64,000 nucleotides of DNA from assembly GCA_963923035.1 (NCBI GenBank), contig CAWUKT010000002.1, positions 38,574 through 102,573 on the forward strand. Direction: 5' to 3'. The translations under genes were made by a program, and so were the position numbers. This DNA is from an uncultured bacterium. Lineage in GTDB: Bacteria; Bacteroidota; Bacteroidia; J057; JADKCL01. This document shows, in pieces, positions 1-10,007 of the stretch (position 1 is its first letter; each line of letters starts with the position of its first letter). The notes under the pieces are model-generated. The model searched no databases, was not told where the DNA came from, and saw only the letters and a program-made list of their open reading frames with translations.

Positions 1-28
1 TGTTGTACATGCGTTACCTTGGAAAACA

Positions 29-715
29 ATGAAATCATTTACCCTCCTTTTCAAAGACGAACTCTACGGATTCGCCCGCTCGGGGGTGATGATTACCCTG
101 TTCATCCTGCTCCCCCTCCTATCCCTGCCGCTGTACGCCCTGATGGCCCAAGCGACCCCGGACGCGGCCATGATGTTTGGCCCGATCTCCATCCTGTCCT
201 TTGTCGCCCTGCTCATCTCGAACATCGGCGCCCAGATCACTTCGCTGGTCCTCACCGTGAACATCATCAATGAGAAGCAAAAAGGCGTGTACGACATCTT
301 CGTCATCCGTCCTTTGCCCCGCGCCAATATCCTCCTGGCCAAGTTTTTCTCGGTCTTTATTTGCGTGAGCATGGCCTGCCTGTTGGCCATTGGGATGGGC
401 ATTCTCTTTGAAGTCTTCCGGGGCGTCAACGTCAACCAGACCCTGGTGGTCAATACGCTGGAATCCTTCGTCCTGAGTCTGGGCATCGTCGGCACGCTCT
501 CGGCGGTCGGCATTCTGTTCGGCATCATGACGGACTCCATCATCGTAGGCGTCATCCTCATCCTGTTCCTGGGTGGGTATGCCACTTACCTGCCGATGCT
601 TCCGGGCTTCCTGGGCATGTCCAATTCTTCGCTGTGGTCGCTGATCTTTGGGATTGCGGGCACCGCGGGCATCCTGGCCCTGGCCATCCGGATTTTCAAT
701 AAGAAGCAGTTCTAA
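29..715 (+). CDS. ABC-2 type transporter permease (multi-pass membrane protein)
   Basis: 228-aa ORF with about six hydrophobic helices and an ABC-2 permease-like N-terminus (MKSF..FKDELYGFARSGVMI). Its ATG at 29 overlaps a TGA at 30-32 that closes an ORF running off the left edge, probably the cognate ATPase. Confidence 0.65.
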   Translation: MKSFTLLFKDELYGFARSGVMITLFILLPLLSLPLYALMAQATPDAAMMFGPISILSFVALLISNIGAQITSLVLTVNIINEKQKGVYDIFVIRPLPRANILLAKFFSVFICVSMACLLAIGMGILFEVFRGVNVNQTLVVNTLESFVLSLGIVGTLSAVGILFGIMTDSIIVGVILILFLGGYATYLPMLPGFLGMSNSSLWSLIFGIAGTAGILALAIRIFNKKQF

Positions 716-786
716 GACGCAAAAAGCCCGGCCGCAATGGCCGGGCGTATATCCTGGGACCCTCTGAGGAGGTCGGTCAGGAGCAA

Positions 787-1440
787 TCAGGCATGACGGG
801 ATTCGTCCCAATGCCATTCGTCATTGACAGCTGCCAATGGAGGGGAAATGGGTTCCGCTCCATTTTTTATTTCCGCGTATACCTCCCCGACCATGTACCC
901 CAAGGCGTAGGGCACCGATTCCCGGTTGTTGTTTTTGTTGGGGTTGTTGCCGTCGTGCTGGTATCCCACATTGTGGAGGTACTCGTGCAATTGGTTCTCC
1001 GCCAATTTGACCGCCACTTCCTCCTCCGTCCCGTATTTCAGGATGCTGTCGACGTAATTGATGTTGAGGAAGGTGATATAATTGCCAGGGGTGGTATAGC
1101 CGACGTATTTCTTGCGGGTGCGGTAGGGAAAAACCCAAATGTCGATGTCGCCATCGTTGAGTTCGTTCTCGTCGTCCCCATTCAGGTCGACAAATTGGTC
1201 CATCCCGCTCATCAGTTTCACGTAGACTTCTTCGGGCGAATCCCCGGTATGGGTATAGCCGGAAATCGTTTCCCCACTTGCATTCGTCCAGGTATGTTCC
1301 AGTACTTTTTGCCGGAATTCATCGGTATTGACCACTTCTTCCAGGATTTCGGCGGCCCGTTGGAGGAGGGCTTTGTGGGCATCGGAAAAACTTCTTCTGC
1401 GACGTCCGACTCCAATCTGCAAATCGACTTTGAGCTTCAT
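787..1440 (-). CDS. Small metzincin-like zinc metallopeptidase candidate (HExxHxxGxxH), no signal peptide
   Basis: 217-aa ORF. Residues 152-162 read HEYLHNVGYQH (nt 955-987), the extended metzincin zinc-binding motif. A possible Met-turn follows (ALGYMVG). No N-terminal hydrophobic segment. Confidence 0.55.
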   Translation of the reverse strand: MKLKVDLQIGVGRRRRSFSDAHKALLQRAAEILEEVVNTDEFRQKVLEHTWTNASGETISGYTHTGDSPEEVYVKLMSGMDQFVDLNGDDENELNDGDIDIWVFPYRTRKKYVGYTTPGNYITFLNINYVDSILKYGTEEEVAVKLAENQLHEYLHNVGYQHDGNNPNKNNNRESVPYALGYMVGEVYAEIKNGAEPISPPLAAVNDEWHWDESRHA

Positions 1441-1547
1441 AGTGGTTGATTTTAGGGTTGAACAATGACCGAAGCCATTTGTCCATTCAACGGGAAGATC
1501 AGGCAGACGTTACAGAATTAACAAGTTTAACAATTGGAATTGCGGGG

Positions 1548-2216
1548 TTACTCGGCAGTCAGCAAACGTTCAATATGCCATTCCAATTCGTGGGTGCCGA
1601 CATCTTTGGCGACGATTTTGCCCGTCTGGTCTAGTAAATAAGTGGTGGGGAGCTGTTCGAGGAGGAATTTCTTTTGCAAACCACACTCCGCTTCTCCCTG
1701 CCCAAACTCCGCGACATTGACCCAGGGAAGGCCTTCCGATTCGATGGCCTGGAGCCAGGATTGCATATTGGTATCGACGGAGATACCATAGATCTCGAAG
1801 CCGTGGTCAGCGTATTGTTCGTGGATGGGCTTGAAATAATAGCACTGGCGATCCGTACACACCTTGGAATAGGAGGCCCAGAATTCCACGAGCACCACTT
1901 TTCCCTGCAAGGTGGACAAAGGAACGGCCTCTCCAAATTGGTTGTCCAGCATCAGTTCCGGAAAATGGTCCCCGACCTCCAGGGCCTCAGACGAGGCCGC
2001 AATGGTGGAAGCGTCGCCCGGCTCCGGGCTCAACATCCACCCGGCCACCACGACCAAAATGGCCGCCGCAACCCCGCTGATCCAAAGGGTCAGCCCCCGA
2101 CGGGGACGTCGCCCCCCATCCAGGCGGCGGTCCAGCCACTCCCAGCTGTCAGGAGTCGGCTCTAGCACATCGAGCTCATCCCGATGTGTGGCGAAGTATT
2201 TTTCGATCCGATCCAT
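1548..2216 (-). CDS. Single-pass anti-sigma-like protein fused to a periplasmic TlpA/thioredoxin-like domain (degenerate active site)
   Basis: 222 aa: short cytoplasmic N-terminus, a TM helix (LWISGVAAAILVVVAGWML), then a thioredoxin-fold region (GKVVLVEFWASYSKVCTDRQC..YGISVD). It overlaps the 3' end of the upstream ECF sigma gene by 41 nt. Confidence 0.7.
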   Translation of the reverse strand: MDRIEKYFATHRDELDVLEPTPDSWEWLDRRLDGGRRPRRGLTLWISGVAAAILVVVAGWMLSPEPGDASTIAASSEALEVGDHFPELMLDNQFGEAVPLSTLQGKVVLVEFWASYSKVCTDRQCYYFKPIHEQYADHGFEIYGISVDTNMQSWLQAIESEGLPWVNVAEFGQGEAECGLQKKFLLEQLPTTYLLDQTGKIVAKDVGTHELEWHIERLLTAE

Positions 2217-2799
2217 GTGTATTCAGGTTTTGCAGGGCTTCCCGCAATTTCTTTTTGCCCCGCGCATACTGCGAGAGGGAGGTGGAAACCTTGATGCCGA
2301 GAATCTCGGCAATCTCGGCGTGGTCATAGCCTTCGACCAAGTACAGGGTCAACACTGTTCGGTATCCGGTCGGAAGACTGGCCAGGGCCTCCAGGGCCAG
2401 GTGGGCATCCCACTCGAAGTCCAGCTCCCGGACCTCTTCGGTAGGGGTATCCTCCACCACTTCCAGGCCCCCGATGATCGGGAGGCCCCGTTTCTTGACC
2501 GCGCTCAGCGCGGTATTGACCACAATCCGCTTGATCCACGCCCCGATGGTCGAGTCTCCGCGAAAGGAGTCGATCCGTTGGAAGACCTTTAAGAAGGCAT
2601 CCTGGAGCACGTCCTGGGCATCTTCCTGATTGCCCAGAATGCGGTAGGCCGTGTTGAGCATGGCCTTCGCATAGCGGTCGTAGAGCGCATGTTGCGCCCA
2701 CCTCCGCCCGCGTTGGCAGGCGGCGACCAATTCTTGTTCCGTGACATTTCGCGAAGGCATGTGTATAGAATGACCGTTGCGGCCCGACAAGTATTGCAT
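2176..2799 (-). CDS. RNA polymerase ECF sigma-70 factor
   Basis: Region 2 (DAQDVLQDAFLKVFQRIDSFRGDSTIGAWIKRIVVNTAL) and region 4 (LPTGYRTVLTLYLVEGYDHAEIAEILGIKVSTSLSQYARGKKKL). The start may instead be the internal ATG at 2760. Confidence 0.9.
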   Translation of the reverse strand: MQYLSGRNGHSIHMPSRNVTEQELVAACQRGRRWAQHALYDRYAKAMLNTAYRILGNQEDAQDVLQDAFLKVFQRIDSFRGDSTIGAWIKRIVVNTALSAVKKRGLPIIGGLEVVEDTPTEEVRELDFEWDAHLALEALASLPTGYRTVLTLYLVEGYDHAEIAEILGIKVSTSLSQYARGKKKLREALQNLNTHGSDRKILRHTSG

Positions 2800-2814
2800 A
2801 AAGGTTGAAAAAAA

Positions 2815-5800
2815 TTAGTTGGAAAGGTCGGCGACGGCCTGGGTAAGCTCCCGGACCACGTGACCGACGTACACATCGAGTTCATCCAGACGAGCAGGGA
2901 TTTCGTCCAGATTCTCTCTTTCGTAAGCGATGTATTCAACCTGTCGGAACATTTCTTTCAAGTCAGCGGCTCCGGAGTAGGCCGCCGAGGATTTGGTGCG
3001 GTGGGCAACTGCCCGCACCTGATCGTAGTCACCTGCTGCCAGGTGATCCCGAAGTTCTTGCATGGCTTCGGGCAATTTGTCGATCAATTTCCCCGCCACC
3101 ACCACCACAAAGGCATCCTGGCCATTCGAGGCTTCGTAAAGCAGGGACAAATCAATGTATTCAAAGGAAGATTCAGCTTTCGCTTCCTCTTCGACGATGT
3201 CCATTTTCGTTTCCACCCGTTTCGTTTCCACCGGTATTTCCTTTTCCACCGGCTCCACTTCCTCTACCCCGGCTGTTCCTTGCAGCTGGACTTCCGGAGC
3301 GTGTTGGGAAAACTGTCCGAGGGAATGGATCAGCTCAACCAATTCCTCCATGACGAAGGGCTTGCTGATGAAGGTGTCCATCCCGGCTTCCAGGCAGGCC
3401 TGGCGGTCGGATTCCATCGCGTTGGCGGTCATGGCCACAATCAGCGGGCGGCGACGCCCCTCAAAGCGCCGGACCACCCGGCGCGTCGTTTCCAGACCGT
3501 CCAGTTCGGGCATCTGGACGTCCATGAAGATCAGGTCAAAGGTCTCCTTTTCCAGCCACTCCAGGACCTTGTAGCCATTTTCCGCGTGGGAAGTGGTATA
3601 GCCCAGTGAATTCAGCATCCCATTGGCCACGTCCAGGTTGATGGGATTGTCCTCCGCAATCAGGATGCGCAGGGGCAGGCGCTGGGCCATCGTTCCATCG
3701 ACCACGATTTCTTCTCCCTTGGCCGCTTCCTCTTTCAACAGCAGGGCATTCAGCAGAACGTCACGGCGAACGGGCTTGTCGACAATCCGGCCCCATTCAT
3801 TGAGGGTAGGTTTGAGGTTGATGCCGAGGCTGGGCTCGCAAATCAACGCATAGTGGTATTGGTACTGAAGCGCATGCTCGGCAGTCATGTGGGCCGTGCG
3901 CAGGGCTTCGGTGCGGAACATCCGGGAGCCCAGGAGCAGGAAATAGGGCGGGTTCTCGGCGGCGTGGGCAAACATCTCCTCGACCGAATCGAAGACGGCC
4001 GGCTCCATGCCCCAGTGGGTGAGGTGCCGCATCAGCAGGTTCCGGCCCCGCGAATTTTTCAGGGCCAACAGGACCCGTTTTCCTTCCAGTCCCCGCGCCG
4101 GATGGCCTCCTTCAGGCAATTTCCACGGCTCACTCAGCCCCACCCGAATCGTAAAGAAGAACTCCGATCCAATATTGGGTTTGCTTTCGACCCACATCCG
4201 CCCCCCCATCAGGTGGCTCAACTGGTAGCTGATCGCGAGGCCCAAGCCGGTTCCACCGTATTTCCGGGTGGTAGAGGCATCGACCTGGGAAAAAGAATCA
4301 AACAGGGAGGCGAATTTCGATTCGGGAATGCCAATGCCACTGTCCCGCACGGACAGTTGGATCATGGCCTCTTCCTCGTTTTGCTCGATGACCTTCGCTT
4401 CGACGGCGATTTGGCCTTCCTCGGTGAACTTGATGGCATTGCCTACCAGGTTCATCAGGATCTGCTTCAGCCGGGCGGGGTCTCCCATCACCGGCCCCCG
4501 GATATTCGGATCGATGAAGCTAAGGAGTTCGAGGTCCTTGTTAAACGCGCCGTAGGACAGGATGCCCAGCACTTCTTCGATCAGCTTGCGCAGGTCGAGG
4601 GGGACGTTTTCCAGCTCGATCTTGCCCGATTCGATGCGGGAGAAATCGAGGATATCGTTGATCAGGGACAGGAGGTTCCGGCCCGAAATCTGGATGGTTT
4701 CGACAAATCGGTTTTGCTGGTCGGTCAAAGGCGTCCGACGGAGCAACTCCGTCATGCCAATCACGCCATTCATGGGCGTGCGGATTTCGTGACTCATTTT
4801 CGCCAGGAATTCCCCTTTGATCTGGTTGGCCTCTTCGACCTTGGCCTTTTCAGCCTGGAGTTCGCGGGTCCGACGGTTGACTTTCCGTTCCAGGATGGAC
4901 CGTTGCCGCTCGATGGAATTGATTCGGATCCGCACACCGATGTACACCAACCCGACCAACAACAGGACCACGACCAGGCGGAACCACCAGGTCTGCTGGA
5001 AGGGCGTGGCAATGGAAAAGGCAAATGCGGCCGGTTCGGTGCTCCAGCCCCCGGTGACGGTGCCGGCCTTGACCTTGAATACGTAGTCGCCGGGTTCGAG
5101 GGCGGAATAGGTGACCTGGGTCTCGGAAATGGCCATTGACCAATCTTTTTCCAGGCCTTCGAGCATGTATTTGTAACGGATCTTGTCGGGATGGACCAGG
5201 TCGACCGCCTTGAATTCAAATCGCAGTCGGTTTTCGTCGGAATTGAGTTCGGGGTTGACGGGGAGGCCGAACCAGGGGAGCGTCGAATCGGCCTTGCGCT
5301 TCCAATCGACCGATTGTAGGTCCAGCTTGACGTCCTGGATCAGGACTTCGGGCACCCGGTCATTGCTGCTCTCCTGCGACGGGTCGAAAACCGTCACACC
5401 GGCAATCGTGCCGAACCAAAGTCGGCCCTGGGAATCGAGTAAGGTCGCTTCTTCATTTGTCTCCACCCCGATAAAGCCCTCCGCCTTACCGTATGACCGG
5501 ATGGACACCGGATCAGAATTGTCGTCGATGACGATCTTGTTGACGCCGCGCTCGGTTCCCGCCCACAGGTTTCCTTCCGAATCCTGGTTGAGGAGGTACA
5601 CAATTTCGCCCAGCATCCCGTCTTTTTTCCCCAACGAACAAAACTCTCCATTGCGGTAGCGGTAAACGCCTTTGAACGTCGCGAACCACATATTGCCATT
5701 GCGGTCTTCCTCCAAGCCCATGATATAGACCGCCGGAAATCCTTGCTGCTTGCCAATTTGGGTGGTTTCGCCTTTTACCCGGTGGTACACCCCTTGGTTG

Positions 5801-7296
5801 TCAATCGAATACCAGTACGTATCTTCCTCTCCCAGGACTTTGTGGATCAAAGAATGGATCCGGGTCACACCTTGGTTGGGGAGGGACAATGGGGTCGGCA
5901 CCACAGAATCGTTGCGAATCTCGTAGTAGCCCCTAAACCCGCCCGCGATCAGTTTGCCATCGGCCAATTTAGTCACCATGGCAAAACCCGGTGCCTTGCT
6001 ATCGTCCTCTTCGGGGAGGAAGGAGTACGTCAGGGGAAAAATCTTGCCGGTATTGGACACGTATTTATACAGACTCCCCCGGACCGTGAAATAGGCAAAC
6101 CCTTCCGGCGTGCCGACCACTTTGTTGAAATAGCCGCGGGAAGGCTGGCCATCGATGGGAACATTTTGAATGACCCCATTTTTCAATTCAAACAAGCCAT
6201 CCTGAGATCCGATGAGAAAATGCTCCGGCCCCAATTCGGCGATGGAAAACACACCATTCTGGTTGAGTTGGGTGCCTTTACCATAGTGGGTGAACTCGGT
6301 CCCCATAAACCTGAACAGGCCGCCGCCATCGGTCCCGAACCACAATTGGCCCTCCTGGTCTTCCAGAATGGAATTCACCCCCATTCGAAGTTGACCCGAA
6401 ACCTGATCCAGCGGCTCAAACGACCCGCCCCGGTAGACGTAGTTGCGGTTTTCGCTGCCAAACCAGACCCAGTCCCGCCGGTCCACCAGGATCGTGGAAG
6501 CGCCGGTTCCTCCGGTACCACTGAGTCGCCCCAAGTTTTCCAGCTCCCCATTTTCGAACTTCCAGGCATTCCGGATGGTTCCAAAATACATCAGTTCTTC
6601 ACTGACCACTTTGACGACCACAACGGAAGAGCGGATTTCGGGATGGTTGGGGGTAAACAAAAGGGTGTCCAATTGATCGTCGACCACCCGGACGATGGTC
6701 GAATCGGTGGCGAGGATGGGGTTTCCATCGGCATCCTTGCTGAGGTAATTGGGAATTTGGCCGTTGTAAACATCGGCCAGCGAGTCAGAAGTGGCGACCG
6801 GGAACAAGGCCGGACGGAATTCCTCCTGCCCTTGTTTCAGGCGGTACAGGCCCGTACTGATGGACAAGACCCATAAATCGCCGTGGCGATCTTCGATGAA
6901 ATTCCCGAGATCGTTCTCGAGGATAAAGGTATCGTTGACGAGGTAGTGCTTGAACTGGTCGCCGTCGTAGCGGGAAATGCCGCGGTTGGCGTGGCGGATC
7001 CAAATATTGCCCTGACGATCTTCCAGCAGGGCATCCACCTGGTAGAACAGGAGGCCGTCGTCCGAAGAAAGGTTCCGAAACGTGGTGCCATCGAACAGGT
7101 CGATGCCGCCGCCCTGGGTTCCCAACCACAAAAATCCCCGCTGGTCCTGCAAAATGGCCCGCACCTCCGATTGGACCAATCCTTCATCCACATTGAAATT
7201 GATGAAATTCAATTCCTGCGCCACCAAGGGGGTACGGACAACACCTCCTACCAGAAGGATCATCATCAATTTCATCCAATACCCAATGCGGAACAT
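2815..7296 (-). CDS. Hybrid sensor histidine kinase/response regulator: beta-propeller + Y_Y_Y sensor, HisKA, HATPase, pseudo-receiver, receiver and HPt
   Basis: 1493 aa. After the signal/TM come repeated two-component-regulator propeller repeats (GLxxF/W), a TM helix, an H-box ([15 protein letters not shown]), an ATPase N/G boxes ([23 protein letters not shown]), a receiver ([25 protein letters not shown]) and a C-terminal HPt ([13 protein letters not shown]). Confidence 0.9.
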   Translation of the reverse strand: MFRIGYWMKLMMILLVGGVVRTPLVAQELNFINFNVDEGLVQSEVRAILQDQRGFLWLGTQGGGIDLFDGTTFRNLSSDDGLLFYQVDALLEDRQGNIWIRHANRGISRYDGDQFKHYLVNDTFILENDLGNFIEDRHGDLWVLSISTGLYRLKQGQEEFRPALFPVATSDSLADVYNGQIPNYLSKDADGNPILATDSTIVRVVDDQLDTLLFTPNHPEIRSSVVVVKVVSEELMYFGTIRNAWKFENGELENLGRLSGTGGTGASTILVDRRDWVWFGSENRNYVYRGGSFEPLDQVSGQLRMGVNSILEDQEGQLWFGTDGGGLFRFMGTEFTHYGKGTQLNQNGVFSIAELGPEHFLIGSQDGLFELKNGVIQNVPIDGQPSRGYFNKVVGTPEGFAYFTVRGSLYKYVSNTGKIFPLTYSFLPEEDDSKAPGFAMVTKLADGKLIAGGFRGYYEIRNDSVVPTPLSLPNQGVTRIHSLIHKVLGEEDTYWYSIDNQGVYHRVKGETTQIGKQQGFPAVYIMGLEEDRNGNMWFATFKGVYRYRNGEFCSLGKKDGMLGEIVYLLNQDSEGNLWAGTERGVNKIVIDDNSDPVSIRSYGKAEGFIGVETNEEATLLDSQGRLWFGTIAGVTVFDPSQESSNDRVPEVLIQDVKLDLQSVDWKRKADSTLPWFGLPVNPELNSDENRLRFEFKAVDLVHPDKIRYKYMLEGLEKDWSMAISETQVTYSALEPGDYVFKVKAGTVTGGWSTEPAAFAFSIATPFQQTWWFRLVVVLLLVGLVYIGVRIRINSIERQRSILERKVNRRTRELQAEKAKVEEANQIKGEFLAKMSHEIRTPMNGVIGMTELLRRTPLTDQQNRFVETIQISGRNLLSLINDILDFSRIESGKIELENVPLDLRKLIEEVLGILSYGAFNKDLELLSFIDPNIRGPVMGDPARLKQILMNLVGNAIKFTEEGQIAVEAKVIEQNEEEAMIQLSVRDSGIGIPESKFASLFDSFSQVDASTTRKYGGTGLGLAISYQLSHLMGGRMWVESKPNIGSEFFFTIRVGLSEPWKLPEGGHPARGLEGKRVLLALKNSRGRNLLMRHLTHWGMEPAVFDSVEEMFAHAAENPPYFLLLGSRMFRTEALRTAHMTAEHALQYQYHYALICEPSLGINLKPTLNEWGRIVDKPVRRDVLLNALLLKEEAAKGEEIVVDGTMAQRLPLRILIAEDNPINLDVANGMLNSLGYTTSHAENGYKVLEWLEKETFDLIFMDVQMPELDGLETTRRVVRRFEGRRRPLIVAMTANAMESDRQACLEAGMDTFISKPFVMEELVELIHSLGQFSQHAPEVQLQGTAGVEEVEPVEKEIPVETKRVETKMDIVEEEAKAESSFEYIDLSLLYEASNGQDAFVVVVAGKLIDKLPEAMQELRDHLAAGDYDQVRAVAHRTKSSAAYSGAADLKEMFRQVEYIAYERENLDEIPARLDELDVYVGHVVRELTQAVADLSN

Positions 7297-7512
7297 GTTG
7301 GTGGTCCTGATAAATTAGTGGTTCTTAGCCCGTAACAATTGGGGGTTCTTCCCAATGGAAAGCAATTTATGAAAATTTCCCCCGAAAACAGGAGCCTTTT
7401 CATTGAGGATCAAATCTGGAATTGAGGAGGGAAAAAGAGAGTTAGACGAAGCGCAAAATCATTCAAAAGGACCTTCCAAGTACGTTCTCGATTGAAAAAT
7501 GGGGCGGAGTGG

Positions 7513-8451
7513 TCACTGACCGGACTCGTTGAGGCGCTGGAGCTCCGGATATTTTCGGGCAGCCACCATCCGAATCTCGCGGGCGGTGGTATCTTCTTTC
7601 CCGGGATGCCATCCCGGCGGCCGAAACAGGTACTGCACCTTGTCCCAAAGGCGGTTCGCTGATTTTACGTCCTGCCACAGGGACTTGAATTCATCGGTTT
7701 GGCTGACCCAGAGGTTGCCCGCATCCAATTCCTTCTGCAACCCAAACTTCGGCGGCTCTTCCTTCAATTGGTGCTGGTAGGTCCGAAACAAATTGTCCCA
7801 GAGGCTAAAGGTCAGGCCGTAGTTGCGGTCCACATAGACATCGTTGCTGGCGTGGTGGAGGCGGTGGGCCGAGGGAGTAATGAGAATCTTTTTCAACCAG
7901 GCTGCTTCTTTTTGGGGCGCAAACCGTTCGTTGAGGTGCAGGAAAACGCCGTAAATCATGGCGATCCCTTCCACAATGATGATCATCAAGGGATTGAAGC
8001 CGAGGAGGGGCAGCCAGATGATGATGTGAGGAGCAATCAGGAACTCGGCAAAGGAACCCCGAAATGCCACCGACGCCTTCATTTCCTGCGGCGAATGGTG
8101 CACACTGTGGATCGCCCAGAAAAAGCGCACTTTGTGCGAAATCCAATGGGTGACAAACGACATGAAATCGTAGCCGACATAGGCCAGGACCCACACCCAC
8201 CATTCAAATCCCAGGTCAAAAAACCGGAAATAGTACATGCCAAACATGAAGGAGATCATCACCAGCTCATTCAGGAGAAACACTGGCAAAAAGGTCAACG
8301 CGGCACTGAATACATTTGCCCAGCCCTCCCGGTGACTTTCGACCAGTTCTAGCCACGTCAGGGCCAGCCACTCGATGACCACAATCGCTACCGACGCAAT
8401 CGTCATGAAAAGCGGGATCAGTTCGGCGTAGTATTGGAGGAGTTCCTGCAT
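7513..8451 (-). CDS. Fatty acid hydroxylase / sterol desaturase family membrane protein
   Basis: 312 aa, multi-TM, with His-box motifs HWISHK, HSVHHS and HRLHHA. Confidence 0.85.
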   Translation of the reverse strand: MQELLQYYAELIPLFMTIASVAIVVIEWLALTWLELVESHREGWANVFSAALTFLPVFLLNELVMISFMFGMYYFRFFDLGFEWWVWVLAYVGYDFMSFVTHWISHKVRFFWAIHSVHHSPQEMKASVAFRGSFAEFLIAPHIIIWLPLLGFNPLMIIIVEGIAMIYGVFLHLNERFAPQKEAAWLKKILITPSAHRLHHASNDVYVDRNYGLTFSLWDNLFRTYQHQLKEEPPKFGLQKELDAGNLWVSQTDEFKSLWQDVKSANRLWDKVQYLFRPPGWHPGKEDTTAREIRMVAARKYPELQRLNESGQ

Positions 8452-8573
8452 GGGTTCAAAGTTTAGAGTTCAAGGGGGCCGAGGAATGCGAATGGGTCTG
8501 GCTGGGAAATAGACGGGTCGAAGGGGATTTCCCCCACCCGGGAGGGAAAAATTGGGCTGGGGAAAAGGAGGGG

Positions 8574-8605
8574 AAAAACCCGACCGCCGGTTGACGGGCG
8601 GTCGG
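8574..8605 (-). terminator. Rho-independent terminator downstream of the 8646-9755 gene
   Basis: 9-bp GC-rich stem CCGACCGCC (8580-8588) / GGCGGTCGG (8597-8605) with an 8-nt loop. On the minus strand a U-run follows it (complement of AAAAA at 8574-8578). Confidence 0.6.
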
Positions 8606-8645
8606 TTCAACGATTGCGATCAGACGATCGTTTCAAGCTCTGATT

Positions 8646-9755
8646 CTACTGGCGGGTGACCCGCAAGCTCAAGCCCTGCAAGTCAACTTGGGAAGCCGTG
8701 TCAGTTGTCGCCAGGCGACGTTCCATTTCAAGGGGGACCCGGCCAGGAGAGGTCCCGGGGTTCATCGAGTTCCAGTCTTCGTTTTCTCCGTGCTGATCCA
8801 ACATGGAATCCACAAAATCTGCCGGCCTGCCTGGCCGGACACCTTGGGTGGACTGGTCAACCGAACCGTCGTAGACCTCTTGCAGGTAGTCTCCCCGGGT
8901 CGGGGAAGTCAATTCTGTCGTCAGGCGGTGGGCTTCTGCTACCGGCACTTTCAGTTCATACTCCGGGAAATTGGCGTCGATCAGGGTCACATACCGGGAA
9001 TCGATCCCTGAGATCGTGACCCAGTGGGCGTAGCTACTCGATGGAGACGGCGTCCCATTGGCAAAGTGGTCCATGACAATGGTATTGTTGGTCGTATCCA
9101 CGGTGGCGCCAGCCCGGTCAGCTTGGGCGGGAATGGCAAGGGGAGAGAGAGCAGGAGGAGTGGCAATGGGATCGTCCGGGAACAGCGCGTCAAACGCTTC
9201 CTCAATGGGAGCGCTGTACAAGTGCGCATCGACAGCCAGGGTCGCGCCGACCAATTCCGGACTGTTCGTGCCCGTAGTATCGAGGGCGGTTCTCCAATCG
9301 GCCGCTGTGTTCATGGAACTATCAATGGGCTTGGCGTCCAAATTCACCTTGTAGGGAGTTCTTCCCTGGTTGTACTCGTTAATGATGGCCATGGCATTGT
9401 GGAACGAGGTGATTTCCCCCTGTCCAGTCACTCCGGGACCAACAATGCCGGCCGCTTCGAGCAAAAGTTGAATTACAAACTCGGTGTTGGGCCCATCCAG
9501 GCCGTAGACCCAGGCAATGGCATGGCCAAGGGAGTACAAACCGCAAGTCCCAGCTTGCTGGGCCTGGGGCTCTATGGGGCGTCCCATGACTTCTGGGGGA
9601 GCGGCGACCGCCGAGGTCGCGCTGGGCGCAAAGCCATGACCGGCGCTGATACTATGGGCAGGAGGCGGAAAGCTGCGGCCCATCATGCCAGTGGGTTGGC
9701 TACGGGAGATTGTCGGTTGGGTTTTACTTTTACTAGGTGACGAATGAAGCGGCAT
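8646..9755 (-). CDS. Hypothetical protein, papain-fold cysteine peptidase-like (Cys-His-Asp candidate triad)
   Basis: 369 aa with a P/S/A-rich, disordered-looking N-terminus of about 60 aa. It carries QQAGTCGLYSLGHA (Cys71), then SSYAHWVTISGIDSRYVTLIDANF (His244, Asp260). This resembles the C39-like/papain-fold Q..C ... H[WFY]VV ... D layout. No signal peptide. Confidence 0.55.
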   Translation of the reverse strand: MPLHSSPSKSKTQPTISRSQPTGMMGRSFPPPAHSISAGHGFAPSATSAVAAPPEVMGRPIEPQAQQAGTCGLYSLGHAIAWVYGLDGPNTEFVIQLLLEAAGIVGPGVTGQGEITSFHNAMAIINEYNQGRTPYKVNLDAKPIDSSMNTAADWRTALDTTGTNSPELVGATLAVDAHLYSAPIEEAFDALFPDDPIATPPALSPLAIPAQADRAGATVDTTNNTIVMDHFANGTPSPSSSYAHWVTISGIDSRYVTLIDANFPEYELKVPVAEAHRLTTELTSPTRGDYLQEVYDGSVDQSTQGVRPGRPADFVDSMLDQHGENEDWNSMNPGTSPGRVPLEMERRLATTDTASQVDLQGLSLRVTRQ

Positions 9756-10007
9756 GGTTGATGTAGATTTAGGTTAAGGGATGTGATAGAAGCGAACCAC
9801 ACAATCCCTTGGTTCATACATTAGCGAGATTCGGAACCATGACGCAGCAAAGCGGAATTTCCCCTACTGCTCCCTCCATTTTTTTCATTTTTTCTCATTC
9901 TCCATTATCTCCCCTCACTCCAAACCCCTATCAATCAACCATTTTCTGCATTTCTCTCGTCCCCGGGTCAATTTATTTTATTCAATTTCGCTCCCTTCAT
10001 TGTCTCT

